Made by a program: the position numbers and the translations under genes
DNA from: Piromyces finnis finn
Taxonomy: Eukaryota > Fungi > Neocallimastigomycota
Direction of reading: 5' to 3'
Assembly (NCBI GenBank): GCA_002104945.1
Contig: MCFH01000005.1
Location: 558,001 to 622,000 of the forward strand
DNA length: 64,000 bases
Shown here: piece after piece, positions 1 through 17,292 of the stretch
Position numbering within the stretch: the stretch's first letter is position 1
Layout: every line of letters starts with the position of its first letter
Notes under the pieces: model-generated
The model's database searches: none
Seen by the model: only the letters and a program-made list of their open reading frames with translations
Told to the model about the DNA's origin: nothing

Positions 1-1729
<1,729 letters not shown>

Positions 1730-3482
1730 TGATTATTAATTTTTTCTTTTTATCTATTATTTATGTCTTATTTAGAAGTATTTTTTTTTTTTAAAAAAGA
1801 AATTTTTATTAATTAAATTTATAATTTTTATTTATTTCATTATTCTTTGTATTATTATATATTAATATATTTATTTTTTGATTAAACATATAATCTAATT
1901 AATAAAAATAAAGATAAAGATAAAAATAAAAATAAAAATGAAAATGAAAATGAAAATAATAATAATAATAATAATAATATATATATATATAAAGTGTAAA
2001 CATTTAGAAAAAAAAAAAGTTTTTTTTTTTTTTTTATGTTTTTATATGGTGCTATTTAAATATATAATTTTTTTTTTTTAGACTTTAAATATATAAAAGA
2101 TCAATAATTATTTGCTATATATTTACTAGTTGTTATTGATTTTATTTTATTATTTCTTTTTTTTTTTTTTTATAATATCAATTATATTATATTTCATTAG
2201 ACATTAATTATTTGAAATGTAATAGAAATGCCTTTTTATTAATAAAATAAGGAAAAGCTTTTTTGAACTTTTACTACTGAATATTATTAATTATTTAAAT
2301 TTTATCCGTACATATAAATTTGTATTATGGAATTCTTTTCATTTTACTGTTCAATTTCTTTTTATTTTATATTTATTCTTTTTATTATACTATTAGAATA
2401 AAATAAAATAAATAAATAAAAATATATAGAAATAGTTTAATAATTAATTTTTTTTTTATTTTCTTTTTTTATTAAAATTTTCAATGAGTACATTGATAAC
2501 TTTTTTTTTTTTTTTCTAAAAGAAAAAAGAAAAACAAACTAAATGAAAGATATTAATATATAAATTTAGTAAAATAAATATATGTTATAAAGATTATAAA
2601 ATAATAATAGAATGAATGCGATGTTTTGATATCTTTTATATATAAATGACCAAATGAATAAATCATTTTCGATAATATGTATATTATATCATAAGTAAAG
2701 CATTAAAATTTAAAAAAAAAAAGCAACATATCTTTTATAATATTTTTCATTATTATTATAATTATTATTATTATTATTATAATTATTATTATTATAAATA
2801 TAAAAATATAGAAAATAAATATTAATAAAATAATCAATAAATAAATATTAAAATAAAATTAAAAAACTAATTAATACACAAATATTTTATACTTAAATTA
2901 TAAATGCTATTAAAAAATAAAAAAGTAAATAACTATTAAAAATAATAATTTATAATATTTATTTAAATATAAAATAAATATTATAAATATTTTATTTTTC
3001 AATATCACTTTCCCGTTTTCTTTCATATATACATACATATCATATATATTAAAAGAAAAATTCATAAATATTGAAAAAAAAAATTATTATTTAATAATTA
3101 TTCATTTTGATTTTTTAACGTATAATAATTATGTTAAAGAGGATAATTATTTATGAATTGAATAAAACATATTTACTAATAAAAAATGTTGAGATGATAG
3201 GATTTTTTTTTTTTAAAAAATAAAAAAAATAATGGTATATTTTAAATTAATTTTCTTTTGTTGTTATGCTTTTTAAACATAAAAGAAATTAAAATTCGTG
3301 GGTGTTTATCATGATGAGAGAAGTTCGAGCCTTTCTAATTCTTATTGGTACGTTTTTTATTTTTGAGCTTTTTTTTTATTGATTTTTTTTTAGTATGCAT
3401 ATTTAAATATAGTTTTTTAAAAAATTATTTTGTCTTCATATTGATATTGAAATATTAATATAAGTAAGATTTAGGTTATAGC

Positions 3483-4094
3483 TTATTGATCAACATTTCC
3501 CATATTATAACCTGGCATTTGGTAACCTTGTTGTTGCATACCATAGGCATTATTTTGGTTGTAATTTTGAGCTTGATTCATCTTTTGGTATTGATTTTGG
3601 AAGTTATTATTGAAGCCATAACCCCATGGATTTTGCTGGAAATTATTATTGAAGCCTTGACCGTATCCATTATTAAAGTTTGGTCTTTGGTTGTAGAAAT
3701 TATTTCTACGATTATTTTGGAACATTTGATTTTGATTTTGCATTTGCATTTGCATTTGCATAAAGTTGTTTGGTCTTTGACCACCTCTTGGATTACCCTT
3801 AACTGGTGCACCACCTGGTCCAGTTACATTAGAAGCTTGAAGACCTTTAGAACCTTGGATTAAATCAAATTCGACACTTTCACCTTCTAATAAACTTCTA
3901 AATCCTCCATTGTTGCAAAGAGAAGTGTGATGAACAAAAATTTCAACAGTGTTACCATCAATTGGTTCATCTGGAATAATAAAACCAAAACCTTTTTGAC
4001 AATCAAAGAACTTACATTTACCAGTTCTTCTGTTACCAGCAATTGGAGTAACTTGTTGTTGTTGTTGTTGTTGCTGACCTTGGACTTGTTCCAT
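3483..4094 (-). CDS. Cold-shock domain protein (Lin28/plant CSP-type CSD) with N-terminal polyQ and Q/N-rich C-terminal low-complexity domain
   Basis: TGKCKFFDCQKGFGFI (RNP1), IFVHHTSL (RNP2), GFRSLLEGESVEFD..KGLQASNVTGPGG; single-exon ORF of 203 aa. Confidence 0.92.
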   Translation of the reverse strand: MEQVQGQQQQQQQQVTPIAGNRRTGKCKFFDCQKGFGFIIPDEPIDGNTVEIFVHHTSLCNNGGFRSLLEGESVEFDLIQGSKGLQASNVTGPGGAPVKGNPRGGQRPNNFMQMQMQMQNQNQMFQNNRRNNFYNQRPNFNNGYGQGFNNNFQQNPWGYGFNNNFQNQYQKMNQAQNYNQNNAYGMQQQGYQMPGYNMGNVDQ

Positions 4095-4714
4095 TTTTAT
4101 TATATATTATTCTATTAAATAGATGATAATGAAAAAAAAATATATATTGAAATTTTAAAATATAATGAATTAGTATAATTAATATAATTTATTATATTGG
4201 AAAAATGATTACTATTACTATTACTATTATTATTATTATTATTTAAATTAAAAATAATTTATATTTCTATATTTGGTAAATATCATATTAAACAATATAT
4301 TTTTTATTTTAATATATTAAGTAATTATTATATTTTAATTTCACAGTAAAAAATATACTTTCTTTTAGTTTAGACATGTTTATTATTTATAATATTGTTT
4401 TTCAAATTTGTTTGAATTTTAATTTTATTATTAATTTCAAATTTATGATCATATTATTTATCATATATATTATATTTTAAATTATTCAATGAATATTATA
4501 AAAAACAATATATTAACATATATATTTTCTTTATATATATATTTTACATAGAAAACGCTATATAAATTGTTATCAACATTATAAAATCAACTCTTTTCTA
4601 TTAGAAACAATTTAATTTCTATTTCATTTTTTGTATTTTGTTTTATCTTTATATTAACGAATTCAAATTAATATGTTAATTAATATGTTTTTTAAACTCA
4701 TTGAAATCCGTTAT

Positions 4715-4753
<39 letters not shown>

Positions 4754-5633
4754 TCAATTTCAACGATTTTTTAAAAGTATTTAACAATTTATTTTTAATC
4801 TACAAATGGTTTTACATTTTTTGATTTACATTTTACTTATTTTATTATAGTTGAATTTTAATTACTACTCTCTTTAGTAAAGTATATACAATTTTGTTTC
4901 ATATGACTTTTATGTAATAAAATATTAAATATTTACCAAAATAAAAAGACTTGTTAATTTTAATATTGTTTTATTAATGATTATTTATTTCTCTAATTAT
5001 ATTTAGTATAATATATAAATTTAGAGATTGTTAAAGAAGATATAGGTAAATAAGAAATTAATAAATTAATTCTTTTTTATATGACTAAAAATTTATTATT
5101 AAAAAAAAAAAAAAACTTTAAAATTTAATTTATTAAATTTTGCTTATTAAAAAATTATATTAAAAAATTGATATATATATATATATATATATTTTTTTTT
5201 TTTTTCCTTTATAATAAAATTATTTAATATCATAAAATGAAATAATAAGTGCAATAAATCTTTTTATTTTTCTCTTTTTTTTTATTTTCTATTTTTTCTA
5301 TTTTTTAATTATTATATTATAATAAATAATAATAATAATAATAATAATAATTATTATTATTAATTACATTTCCAAATCTAATATAAATTAATTTTCTATT
5401 ATTGTAGTTCTATTATTGTAGTTTAAAATTTTTAAAAAGTTTTTTTATGTTAGTTTTGTATAACCATAAAATATAATAGTTCTTTGCTAATAAATCTGTA
5501 TTTAATGAGGATTTTATGATAAAATTCCAAATAACCTCCTTTTCACATGAAATAAGAAAACTTTTTTTCTTTATCATAGTTTATAATTTTAATACTCATA
5601 GAGGATATTTTTAATATTAATATTAAAATAATA

Positions 5634-5669
<36 letters not shown>

Positions 5670-7190
5670 GGCATCAAATATTTTAAACTTTATTATTAAT
5701 TTAATTAAAATTATAATACATGTAATATAAAAATTAGTGACTTTTTGAAAAAAACTTTATTATTTAGCAGATTATCATATAATATGATATAATGGATATT
5801 AAAAAAAGGAATTAATAATAATTTAAATATAAATAAGTAGGAAGGTTATTAATTTTTTCTTGAAATAAATGATAAAGTCTTTTACTTTAATTACCTTTCC
5901 ATTTTATATATATTAATTTTTAATATTTTTTAAATATAAATTAATTTTTAATTTTAAATTTTTAATTTTAAATTAATATTTATTAACATTATTAATTTAA
6001 AATTTCATAATATAAATTTTTATCTCTTTCTCTCTCTCTTTTATTATAAAAGTTTTTACATAATTAAAAATTAAAATTTGTATATATCTTTATATATAAG
6101 AAGTAATATTGCTATTAACCATTTTAAATGTTTAACAATGAATATCGGAATAAACAATATGTTATGAAATTCAATCATTGAGTATTTTTTTTAAACATAA
6201 TTATAAAATTTAATTTGTGTTTTATAAGACATTGTAACTAATAATAGTAATCTGAAATATTGATTTTCTATTTGTAATAGTTAATGATAAATTTTTAAAA
6301 CATTATTTAATATAAGTATATTAAATATCATGTCTGCCGAGTTAACAATGTTATAAAAATTTTTAGATATTTTCTTGTACAAATTAATGATTCTTTTTTG
6401 AATTTTAATAAGATATTATTCTTAACAGTATTATTAAATAACAAAATATTTTGGTAGTAATATAGAATTTAGATCTTAATGTTGTGATATACTTATACTT
6501 ATATATTACAATATATAAATGAAAATGAAAATAGATAATTAAATTATTTTATTTTATATAAGCAAAAAAAAAAAGATAACAAAAAATAAAAAATATATAT
6601 AAAGATTAAATTATTTTAATAAATAATTATCTTTTCTTTTTTCTTTTTCTTTTATTATTATTATTATTATTATTATTGTCATTTTGTTATTTAATAAATG
6701 ATACTCTATAAAATTGAGAACGTCATTTTAAGGAATACTCAAATTATTGATTGATTCCATTTCTTTCTCAAAATTATATTTTTCATTCCATACTATTTTT
6801 TTTTCTTTAAATTATTATATACATATACATACATATAAGATATAATATATATCATATTTATTATTTATGTATATATAATTTATAACTAGTTTTTTATAAT
6901 ATTTTAATTTACTATAGTTATTTAATGTTATTAAAATTATTTTAAATATATACATTATTTTACAAAATAATTTTTATTTTGCTTTATATACTTCTTTCTT
7001 TTCTTTTTTGTTATTTGTTCTTATGGTTTAATGATATTTTGTATTTATTATATATACATATTTATCAAAGATAAAAAAAATTTTTTTTCTCTTTATTTTT
7101 GATGAATAAATTATTTAATTATTATTATGGAAAATGTTAATTTTTTTTCTTTTTAAAGAGATAAATATGAAAAATGAACATTTTCAAAAT

Positions 7191-7237
<47 letters not shown>

Positions 7238-7328
7238 TTTCGTAGTGATAGTATTATGCATATACATTTTCATAAATTTATTTATTTATTATTTTAATCG
7301 ATTATTGATTATTTCATAAAAAATGGTA

Positions 7329-8651
7329 TTAATTTTTTTTTTCGAGAGATGCTAATGCTTTTTCAACAATATAAAATGAAGAATTATTATTAACATAAGA
7401 ATTTTTAACATGTAGTTGTGAACTTTCTTTTGAATGTTTGTATTTATTATTTCTACTTGATTTTTTATTTTGCAATTTTGATTTACATTTTGAATTAGTA
7501 TCAGTCAAACTAGTTGTTTCTTCCTTATTACTATGTTTAGAGTGTGATGTATTTGATAATGATATACTTGAATTATTATGACTACTAAAACTTGGATGCT
7601 TTTCTGCTCTATTGCTATGAATTGTTATATTTGGTTCTTGACTTTTGCTTAACGTTGAGGAACTATGTGCTAATTCATGCAATTGAGTACGAGAATTTGA
7701 GCGGGAACTTGGATTTGAAGAAGAATATGAACGCGAATTTGATCTTGAATCAGATCGTGAACTTGAGCGTGTGTTAGTATGTGAATGGTGATAAGAATAA
7801 TGATGAGAATGAGAAGATGAATTTGAACGTGAATGTATATTACCATAAGTATGTTTATTCTTATATTTTTTAGTATGGGAATACATATGAGGATGGGAAT
7901 GAGAATGAGAATGGGTGTGATATATTTGTGAATGAGAGTGTGAATGGTCAATTTCGTATCCTCTTATATTGCCATTCCCAAAGCTATTTTCACTATCATT
8001 TTCATTCCTAAGATCAAGAGAAGATATGTTTGATTTATAATTTGGAATATCTTTAATATTTTTCATATGTACAGAGAGCTTGAAATACCGACATAATTTG
8101 TCATAATTATTTGCTAAATGAACATTAAAATGTTCTATAGCATCTTCAGATATACTTGAATATAAAAACTTGGATTTTTCATTGTCTTTTAATGGATTTT
8201 CTGCAATATCCAACTGTTTAAATATTTTATTTATTTTATCGATTATTTTAACAGATTCTTGGAGATTGGAAGCTCTGATATTTGCTAATTTTAAATATAA
8301 GTTTTCAGCAAGACCTTCATAGTTTTCAATGTAATCCCTTTTAAGTTTCTCCATCATTCTAAAAGATGTTTGAAAGTTTACTATTCCAGAAATTAATTCA
8401 GAAGTCAATGAATTAGTAATAATTTGAATAGCTTGAGTATCTTTTTTAATATGTCTGGCTATTTCAATAGTTGGTTGTCCTAAGATTTGTTTCTTTTTAT
8501 TTTCATTTATTAAATCATTTAAAAAGTCAGACTCTATATATTTCTTAATTCCTTTTTCTCTTAGGATTCTGCAAATTTTAGTATACCAATTATCAAAATT
8601 TTTTTTATTAAGCTTAGTAGATGTTGTAGTATGTGAGAGTATGCTTATCAT
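7329..8651 (-). CDS. Ty1/copia Gag-like protein (Retrotran_gag_2/UBN2-like N-terminal half) with His/Ser/Arg-rich tail; solitary, no pol seen
   Basis: First ATG at 8651 (the ORF-track start at 8687 is TTG). KLNKKNFDNWYTKICRILREKGIKKYI resembles the copia Gag N-terminal KLNgxNYxxW motif. AIQIITNSLT..MMEKLKRDY..LYLKLANIR..IIDKINKIFKQL..EKSKFLYSSIS follows the UBN2-type helical pattern. Uninterrupted 440-codon frame. Confidence 0.65.
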   Translation of the reverse strand: MISILSHTTTSTKLNKKNFDNWYTKICRILREKGIKKYIESDFLNDLINENKKKQILGQPTIEIARHIKKDTQAIQIITNSLTSELISGIVNFQTSFRMMEKLKRDYIENYEGLAENLYLKLANIRASNLQESVKIIDKINKIFKQLDIAENPLKDNEKSKFLYSSISEDAIEHFNVHLANNYDKLCRYFKLSVHMKNIKDIPNYKSNISSLDLRNENDSENSFGNGNIRGYEIDHSHSHSQIYHTHSHSHSHPHMYSHTKKYKNKHTYGNIHSRSNSSSHSHHYSYHHSHTNTRSSSRSDSRSNSRSYSSSNPSSRSNSRTQLHELAHSSSTLSKSQEPNITIHSNRAEKHPSFSSHNNSSISLSNTSHSKHSNKEETTSLTDTNSKCKSKLQNKKSSRNNKYKHSKESSQLHVKNSYVNNNSSFYIVEKALASLEKKN

Positions 8652-9674
8652 ATTGTACTTTTTATCCCCTTTATTATATTTTAACAATATTTTAAATTAT
8701 TAATTTTTGGAAAAGACTAGAAGATATAATTAAAATAAAAATAATTTAAAATAAATACTTAATAGCAATTTAATAATAAGATTATTAATAATAATATTAA
8801 TTTTTAATAGTTCTTATTTTATTTTATTTTTATTTTATTGTTAATTATTTGAGAACTAGCTCTTCATTTTTTTTTATCTTTATTTTGGTTTAATTTATTA
8901 TTATTATTTTTTTTTCCTTTTTTTTTTTTTTTTTTTTTTCATATAGATTTAAGAGAAATTTAACGTAATGTTTTTTTTCTCAATTAAATAATATTCAATT
9001 TGAAATATTATAATATTCATTTTAAATTATTACAGCAATTTAATTAATTTCAATATTTTTAAAAGCATTTTAATAATCCTAAGATAAAAAAAAGTTTAAA
9101 TATCTTAATTTTAAAAAAAATTTTTTCCTTTAAAATTTCTTTTTTCGTATTACAAAAAATGTATAAAAATAAAATTATTGAAATCATGAACTTTATATTA
9201 AGCTATAAATTAAATATACTCAATGTTTGAATGTTTAGCATAGTTTAATTATAGTTATATAACATTTTTTAAAGCAGTTGTTACAAATAACATATAAATA
9301 AATAAATAAAAATAAAAACCTAAACATATAATTTGTAATACTTTAAATTTTATTTCAAAATAAAAAATATATAGTATACTTATTACTCTAAATAATATAT
9401 AATTTTACTAGTATTTTATTATATGCTATAAAAATTCCAATATAACATAAATAATAGCAACCAATAACTTTCTTTTTTTTTATGCATAAATAAATCTTAA
9501 AACTTGAAAATAATAAGTATATATATAAGAATATATTTAATATTTATACTTTTATTAAATAAGTTAATTTTTTTTTTTTTTTTTTTAAAAAATAGTATAG
9601 AAAATTGAAATAAATAAAATTACTTAAAAATATAAAATCTATGCTTTATAAATATATTATATATTATATATGTA

Positions 9675-9707
<33 letters not shown>

Positions 9708-9787
9708 GATTAAAAATGGTATTTATATTTTAAATGATAATAATTTTCAAATCAATAAATATAATAAATAGTGAGAATTAGTTATCT

Positions 9788-9822
<35 letters not shown>

Positions 9823-9872
9823 CATTTATAAATGTTGATTTTCATATTTTTTTTTTTTTTTTTTTGAGTAAT

Positions 9873-12229
9873 TTATTTTTTAGTCTTTCTCTTTTTTCTT
9901 GTATTTGGTCCACTATATATACTAGTATTAGTATCGAATTCACTAACATTTAATAATTTACGCTTTTGTTTCATTATTTCTTTTGCCTTTGCACTCATAT
10001 TTTTGCTGTTTTTACTATTTCCTTTTTCATTATTTGACTTGTTTGTTTCCTTAATATTTGAAGGAGCTTCACGAAGGGCAAAACATTTTGCTAAGTGACC
10101 TAAATGAAGTTTTTTAATATGGAAAATATGTTTTTCCGTGGAAGAGTGAGTAGCATAAGCTCTAACAAATGATGAAAAGGCTTTCTTTGCCGTTAAAACT
10201 AATTCTTGACTGGAAAGAACAAATCTTTCTAATTTCATTTGAATATTTGTTGCAGCATAATCCCAATCTTTTTGTTCGTGTGAAAGAAGACCCTTTTTAA
10301 TTGAATCTTCAACACGAATTTCCTCGACATCTAATCCTTGAGCTTTCATAATATCTAAATATTCAACTTCACTTGGTAAAAGGAATAATAATGCATTACC
10401 TTGTCTTCCAATACGAGCAGTACGACCAATACGATGAATATAATCTTTAAAGTCACATGGTGGATCATATTGAATAATTTGATTAACATCAGGAAGATCT
10501 AAACCACGAGCAGCAACATCAGTACATAATAATATACCATTATCGGATTTACTATATTCTAAGAAAATACGAGTACGTTCAGCTTGAGGAAGATTACCAT
10601 AAAGCTTATATATTGGGGTGTTTTTAAATAATTCTCCAATAATATAAGTTTGTGTTTTTTCTTTTTTTGAATCATCATTTTTCTTTTCATCTTGCTTTTT
10701 ATTTCCTTTATTTTTTTGTTTCTTTTTTTCTTCTGCTCTTTTTTCTTCGTCTAAGATGGTAGCTTTTTCATTATATTCTCCAAATAATCTATGGTGAAAT
10801 TCTACTGTATCACTACAGGACATGAACACAATAACTTTAGCTTTTTTATTTGGTGCTTCAGCAATAATGGACTTTAATTTAGTAACTAAAGTAACTAAAC
10901 GTAATTTTGCTGGAGTAACTACATAAGATTGCTTCAATTGTGTTGGAACAGCTGCTGTTACTCCATTATTATTTTCATCTCCTTCAACTCCTTGACTTGA
11001 TTCTTTATTAGAATTGTCTTTAATTAATCTTGGGTTAAATAAACTGTATTCCGCTAATTTTTTAACATTTTCAGCAATTGTTGCAGAACATAATATAAAT
11101 TGAATTCTTCTTGGCAATACGGAAACAATCTCTTCGACATTGAATTTATTTACAATTTTATTTTTTTGATTATTTTTATTGTTTTTATTAAAGAGTTGAC
11201 CATTACTAGTACTTTTATTATTTGTATTAGATAGCAATTCTCTACGAGTAGCAAAAATTGCTTTTTCCTGAATTAATTGAATAATATTTTTAATAGTTTC
11301 TTCAAAACCCAATTCTAATAATCTATCAGCTTCATCCAAAACAACCCAACGAAGTTGACTGATATCAAAAGAATTAGTATTTTGTAAATGATCCAAAAGA
11401 CGACCTGGTGTACTTACTAAAATATTAACACCTTTACGTAAACGTGCTTTTTCTGATTTTTTTTTGTCACCACCTGCAATAATACCTGGAGTAATCCAAT
11501 GCTTATATTTAATTTGTCTATCATTATCTTGTTTGCCATCAACATCAATCATCATTTCATCTTCATCGTCTTCCTCCATATTTTTAATTGTACCAGAAAG
11601 GCGAACTAAATTTTCCATAACTTGTTGAATTTGTTTTGCTAATTCTCTTGTAGGAACGAGAATAATGGCAAGTGTACCAATAGAACGGTCGATACGATCA
11701 TCATCAATTGATAAAAGACGACTTATAATTGGTAAGAGAAAAGTTAATGTTTTACCTGAACCAGTTTGAGCTTGAATAATAACATCACCATCAACTGAAC
11801 TTTTTTCTCCTTTTTTAATTTGATTTAATAAATATGGGATAGATTTAGCTTGAATATTTGTAGGCTTTTCTAGTGAGAGCTTATGTTTTAAATGATAACA
11901 AAGAATTGAATCTAACCCAGTATCCTTAAATGTTTTTATTTCCTTTTCTGTATCTTCGGTATTACTTTCAAATAAATCAAACTTTTTTCTATTTTTATTT
12001 TCAAAAGAACCATAGGATTGAATTTCTGGATTAGAAGTAAAAAGAGATGATACTACATTTGTTTTAGTTATTCCTTTACCTTTATTATCTTTATTTTGAC
12101 TATTTCCCGTTACTTCTTGTATAATCTTATCGATTTCAAAATCACTTTCTGTTTTATTTTTTTTTTGTGGAACAGTAGTAAAGGAACTTTTATTACTTTT
12201 ATTATTATTTGTGTTATTACCACCACTAC

Positions 12230-12277
<48 letters not shown>

Positions 12278-12512
12278 AATTAAAACTAAAATTTCCATTT
12301 GATTTATTTTGTAAATTTATTCCCTTAAATTTATTATTATTATTATTATTCATGGAAAACTGTGAATGACCTTCTCCATTTCTAGTTAAACTTTTTTTTG
12401 CATTAATTCTTCTTTGTTTCCAATTTCCTTTTAAACCAGAAGCAATTTTATTAATACCTTTTTTTCTTTGAACTGGTTCAGATGACAAATTTAACATTAA
12501 ACCGTCATCCAT
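9873..12512 (-). CDS. DBP7: ATP-dependent DEAD-box RNA helicase DBP7/DDX31 (60S biogenesis), single exon
   Basis: [68 protein letters not shown]; C-terminal [33 protein letters not shown] is typical of Dbp7. ATG at 12512 (track start at 12518 is GTG). Confidence 0.93.
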
Positions 12513-12694
12513 TTTCACAATTTCTTATATTTAAATATTAAATAAAATGTATGTATATAAAATATATAAAATAATAGAGTATTGTATTATTATTATTATT
12601 TTTTTTAGTTAATTTTATAATTAATGATATATTATTATAAAAAAAAAAAAAATAAATTATTTTAAAAGAATAATTAAAGTTTTAGAATTTAATC

Positions 12695-12703
12695 AACCAA
12701 TCA
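12695..12703. promoter_or_regulatory. Candidate CCAAT box upstream of DBP7
   Basis: AACCAATCA about 180 bp upstream of the DBP7 ATG matches the CCAAT-binding consensus; could be chance. Confidence 0.25.
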
Positions 12704-13148
12704 CAATAAAAAATTTTTACTACAAATCTTTAGTTGAAAAATATAGAAAAATTTTAAAAAAAAAGATAATTGTTACAGATGTAGTTTTTTTTATTTTTTA
12801 TTTTATTTGCCTTTATTATGTATAAAAGAAGCTTAATATTCTTTTATTTATTACTTATTTTTAATTTTGTATTGAATTTATTATTATTTACTTTAAATAT
12901 TAAAAAACAAAACATTATAAAAAAAAAGTAAAATAAATAAATATAAAATGATTATTTCATTAATTTCATTATTCTCTTATCTATATAAATTAATATACAT
13001 TACAAATTATATAAGCTTAAATATCGATATTTTATTTTTTTTTATATAAAAAAAAAAAAAAAGGAATTTCTATTTTATATATAATAGGTATATGAAATGT
13101 TGAAATATAATTGTTTACAATAATAAAATTATTGATTTTTACTATAAC

Positions 13149-15170
<2,022 letters not shown>

Positions 15171-16960
15171 TTTTAATAAATCTTTTTAAATTATTGTTTT
15201 TTTTTAATGATATTATATGAAAGTTTAAAATAAAAATAAAATATATAAATTTTGAAAATTATGTTCGAATTATATTGAGTTTTGCTAAAAATATTAATGT
15301 ATATGAATGAATAATAATATTATATATATATTTCTAATTCATTGAAATTGCATTAAATATATGTATTTGATTGCTTTTTTAAAATTTATTATTTTTATTA
15401 AATGTGATTAATTTTTATATTTTAGTCTTTTATATCTAATGATAAATATTTTTACGATGATTTTCTGTTTATATAAATGATATATATATTTAAGACATTA
15501 ATTATTATGTTTTATTATTTTCAATAAAATCTTGATTTTTTAAATATTATAATTATATTAAAATATAATCAGGATAAAAATATAAATGTTATTCAAATAA
15601 TTAATTGAAATGATATGATAATCATATTTCCAAATATATTTTTATCAATTCTATTATCTTTAAAAATGACAAATAAAATTATAATTACTTTTCATTTAAA
15701 TTATTTTGAATTTTACTTGATATTAATATGAAATTATTCTTCAAACTATAATTATTTTTCTTAATATAAATTATCAAAAATATAAATGGTTTATTATTAT
15801 ACTTCATTAAATTTCATATTTAATTGTTTTTATTTTATTTTTTATATTTCAATTATTTCTTGACAATTATTAATTACTGAAATTAATTAAAAAAAAATAA
15901 GTATTTTAAAAAGGAGAAACTATATTAACAAAAATTAATTATCCTTATTGTATTAATAAATAAATTAAAAATATTGTCTCTTTTTTGAATAAAATATAAA
16001 ATATTATATTTATTATTACTTATTATTATATATAGTTCTAAATCTATAAGATTATTTACAATTTTTATGTATATTTATTTATATTATGAAATTTATTTAA
16101 TCATATATATATTTATTTATTTAATTTTTTATATAAAAAAATTACTTTTTTTTGTACATGATTACTACATAAAAATACAGAGAATCTATTAGAAAAATTT
16201 TTAAATACGTATTTGGTGTATATATGTTATAGAATATTTTAATAATTTATTTAATCATTTATTTATTAATTAACAAAAAGAAATGTATCATTCAACAAAT
16301 AATTTTAATCATATAAATAATTTTCATTATTTGCAAATTAAATAATTTTCTCAGTTTTTTTATATTAAAATTAATAAATGATTTTTTTTAAAGTATAAAC
16401 TACTTTTATTTTTTAAAAAAATATATATATAATATATATACACATTCTTTGTAATAAATAATAAATTTTAAAAAGAATTAAATATTAAAAAACTAAATTA
16501 TATATAAAAAGTAATAAAATATAATTTAAAATTATATATATATAATAAAAATATTTATAGAAATAAAAAGGGTTTAATATAAATTCTATTACTTTTGACA
16601 AATAGTATTGACCCTTTAAAAGAAATGAGAATATAGAAATACATACCAAAAATTTAAAGAAACAAAAATAAAAATTATATATAACAACAACAACAACAAT
16701 AATAAAAAATAATAAATTTAATATACAGCTAGTGTAAGTTATATAAAAATTAATAATGTATATAAAATTCTGTGTATTTTAAAATATATAATTATACTAA
16801 TAAAACATATGATATTTATACTTGTTCATTTATAATTCATAATCACTCAAATAAATATAAAAACAATATATTTATTTAAAAAAATAATAATCTAATTTCA
16901 AAATATCAAAATATCCATTTTATGTATCAATGAAACGAAATTATGTTTAAATTAATAATA

Positions 16961-17009
<49 letters not shown>

Positions 17010-17292
17010 TTCTAGGAATAATACTACTATTAATAATAAGTAGTAATTGATTACAAAAATAAATAATAAATTATTTCAACAAATTTAAAAATTATTTAAT
17101 ATAAAAATATACCTATACCTAAATAGAATAAAGAGGTAAATATAAATCAAATTTTAATATATACTTTATAAAATTTTTATTAACATTTTAATAATATTAT
17201 GCTCCTAGTTTTTATTAATAATAGGAAAAGAAAGAAAGAAAGAAAAAAAAAAAAAAAAAAAAAAAAAAAAGATAAACAAACAAAAAAAAAAA

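Noticed and set aside
3295-3370. GC-richer patch with ATGATGA (box C-like) downstream of the CSD gene
   Set aside because: No CTGA box D or terminal stem found; not supportable as a snoRNA. Probably 3' UTR sequence.
3486-3863. 125-aa + strand ORF and 78-aa - strand ORF overlapping the CSD gene
   Set aside because: Shadow frames of the low-complexity Q/N coding region; no motif content.
7190-7231. Poly(A) on the sense strand about 100 nt after the Gag-like ORF, suggesting a retrocopy tail
   Set aside because: Equally long A/T runs occur throughout the window and no target-site duplication is visible.
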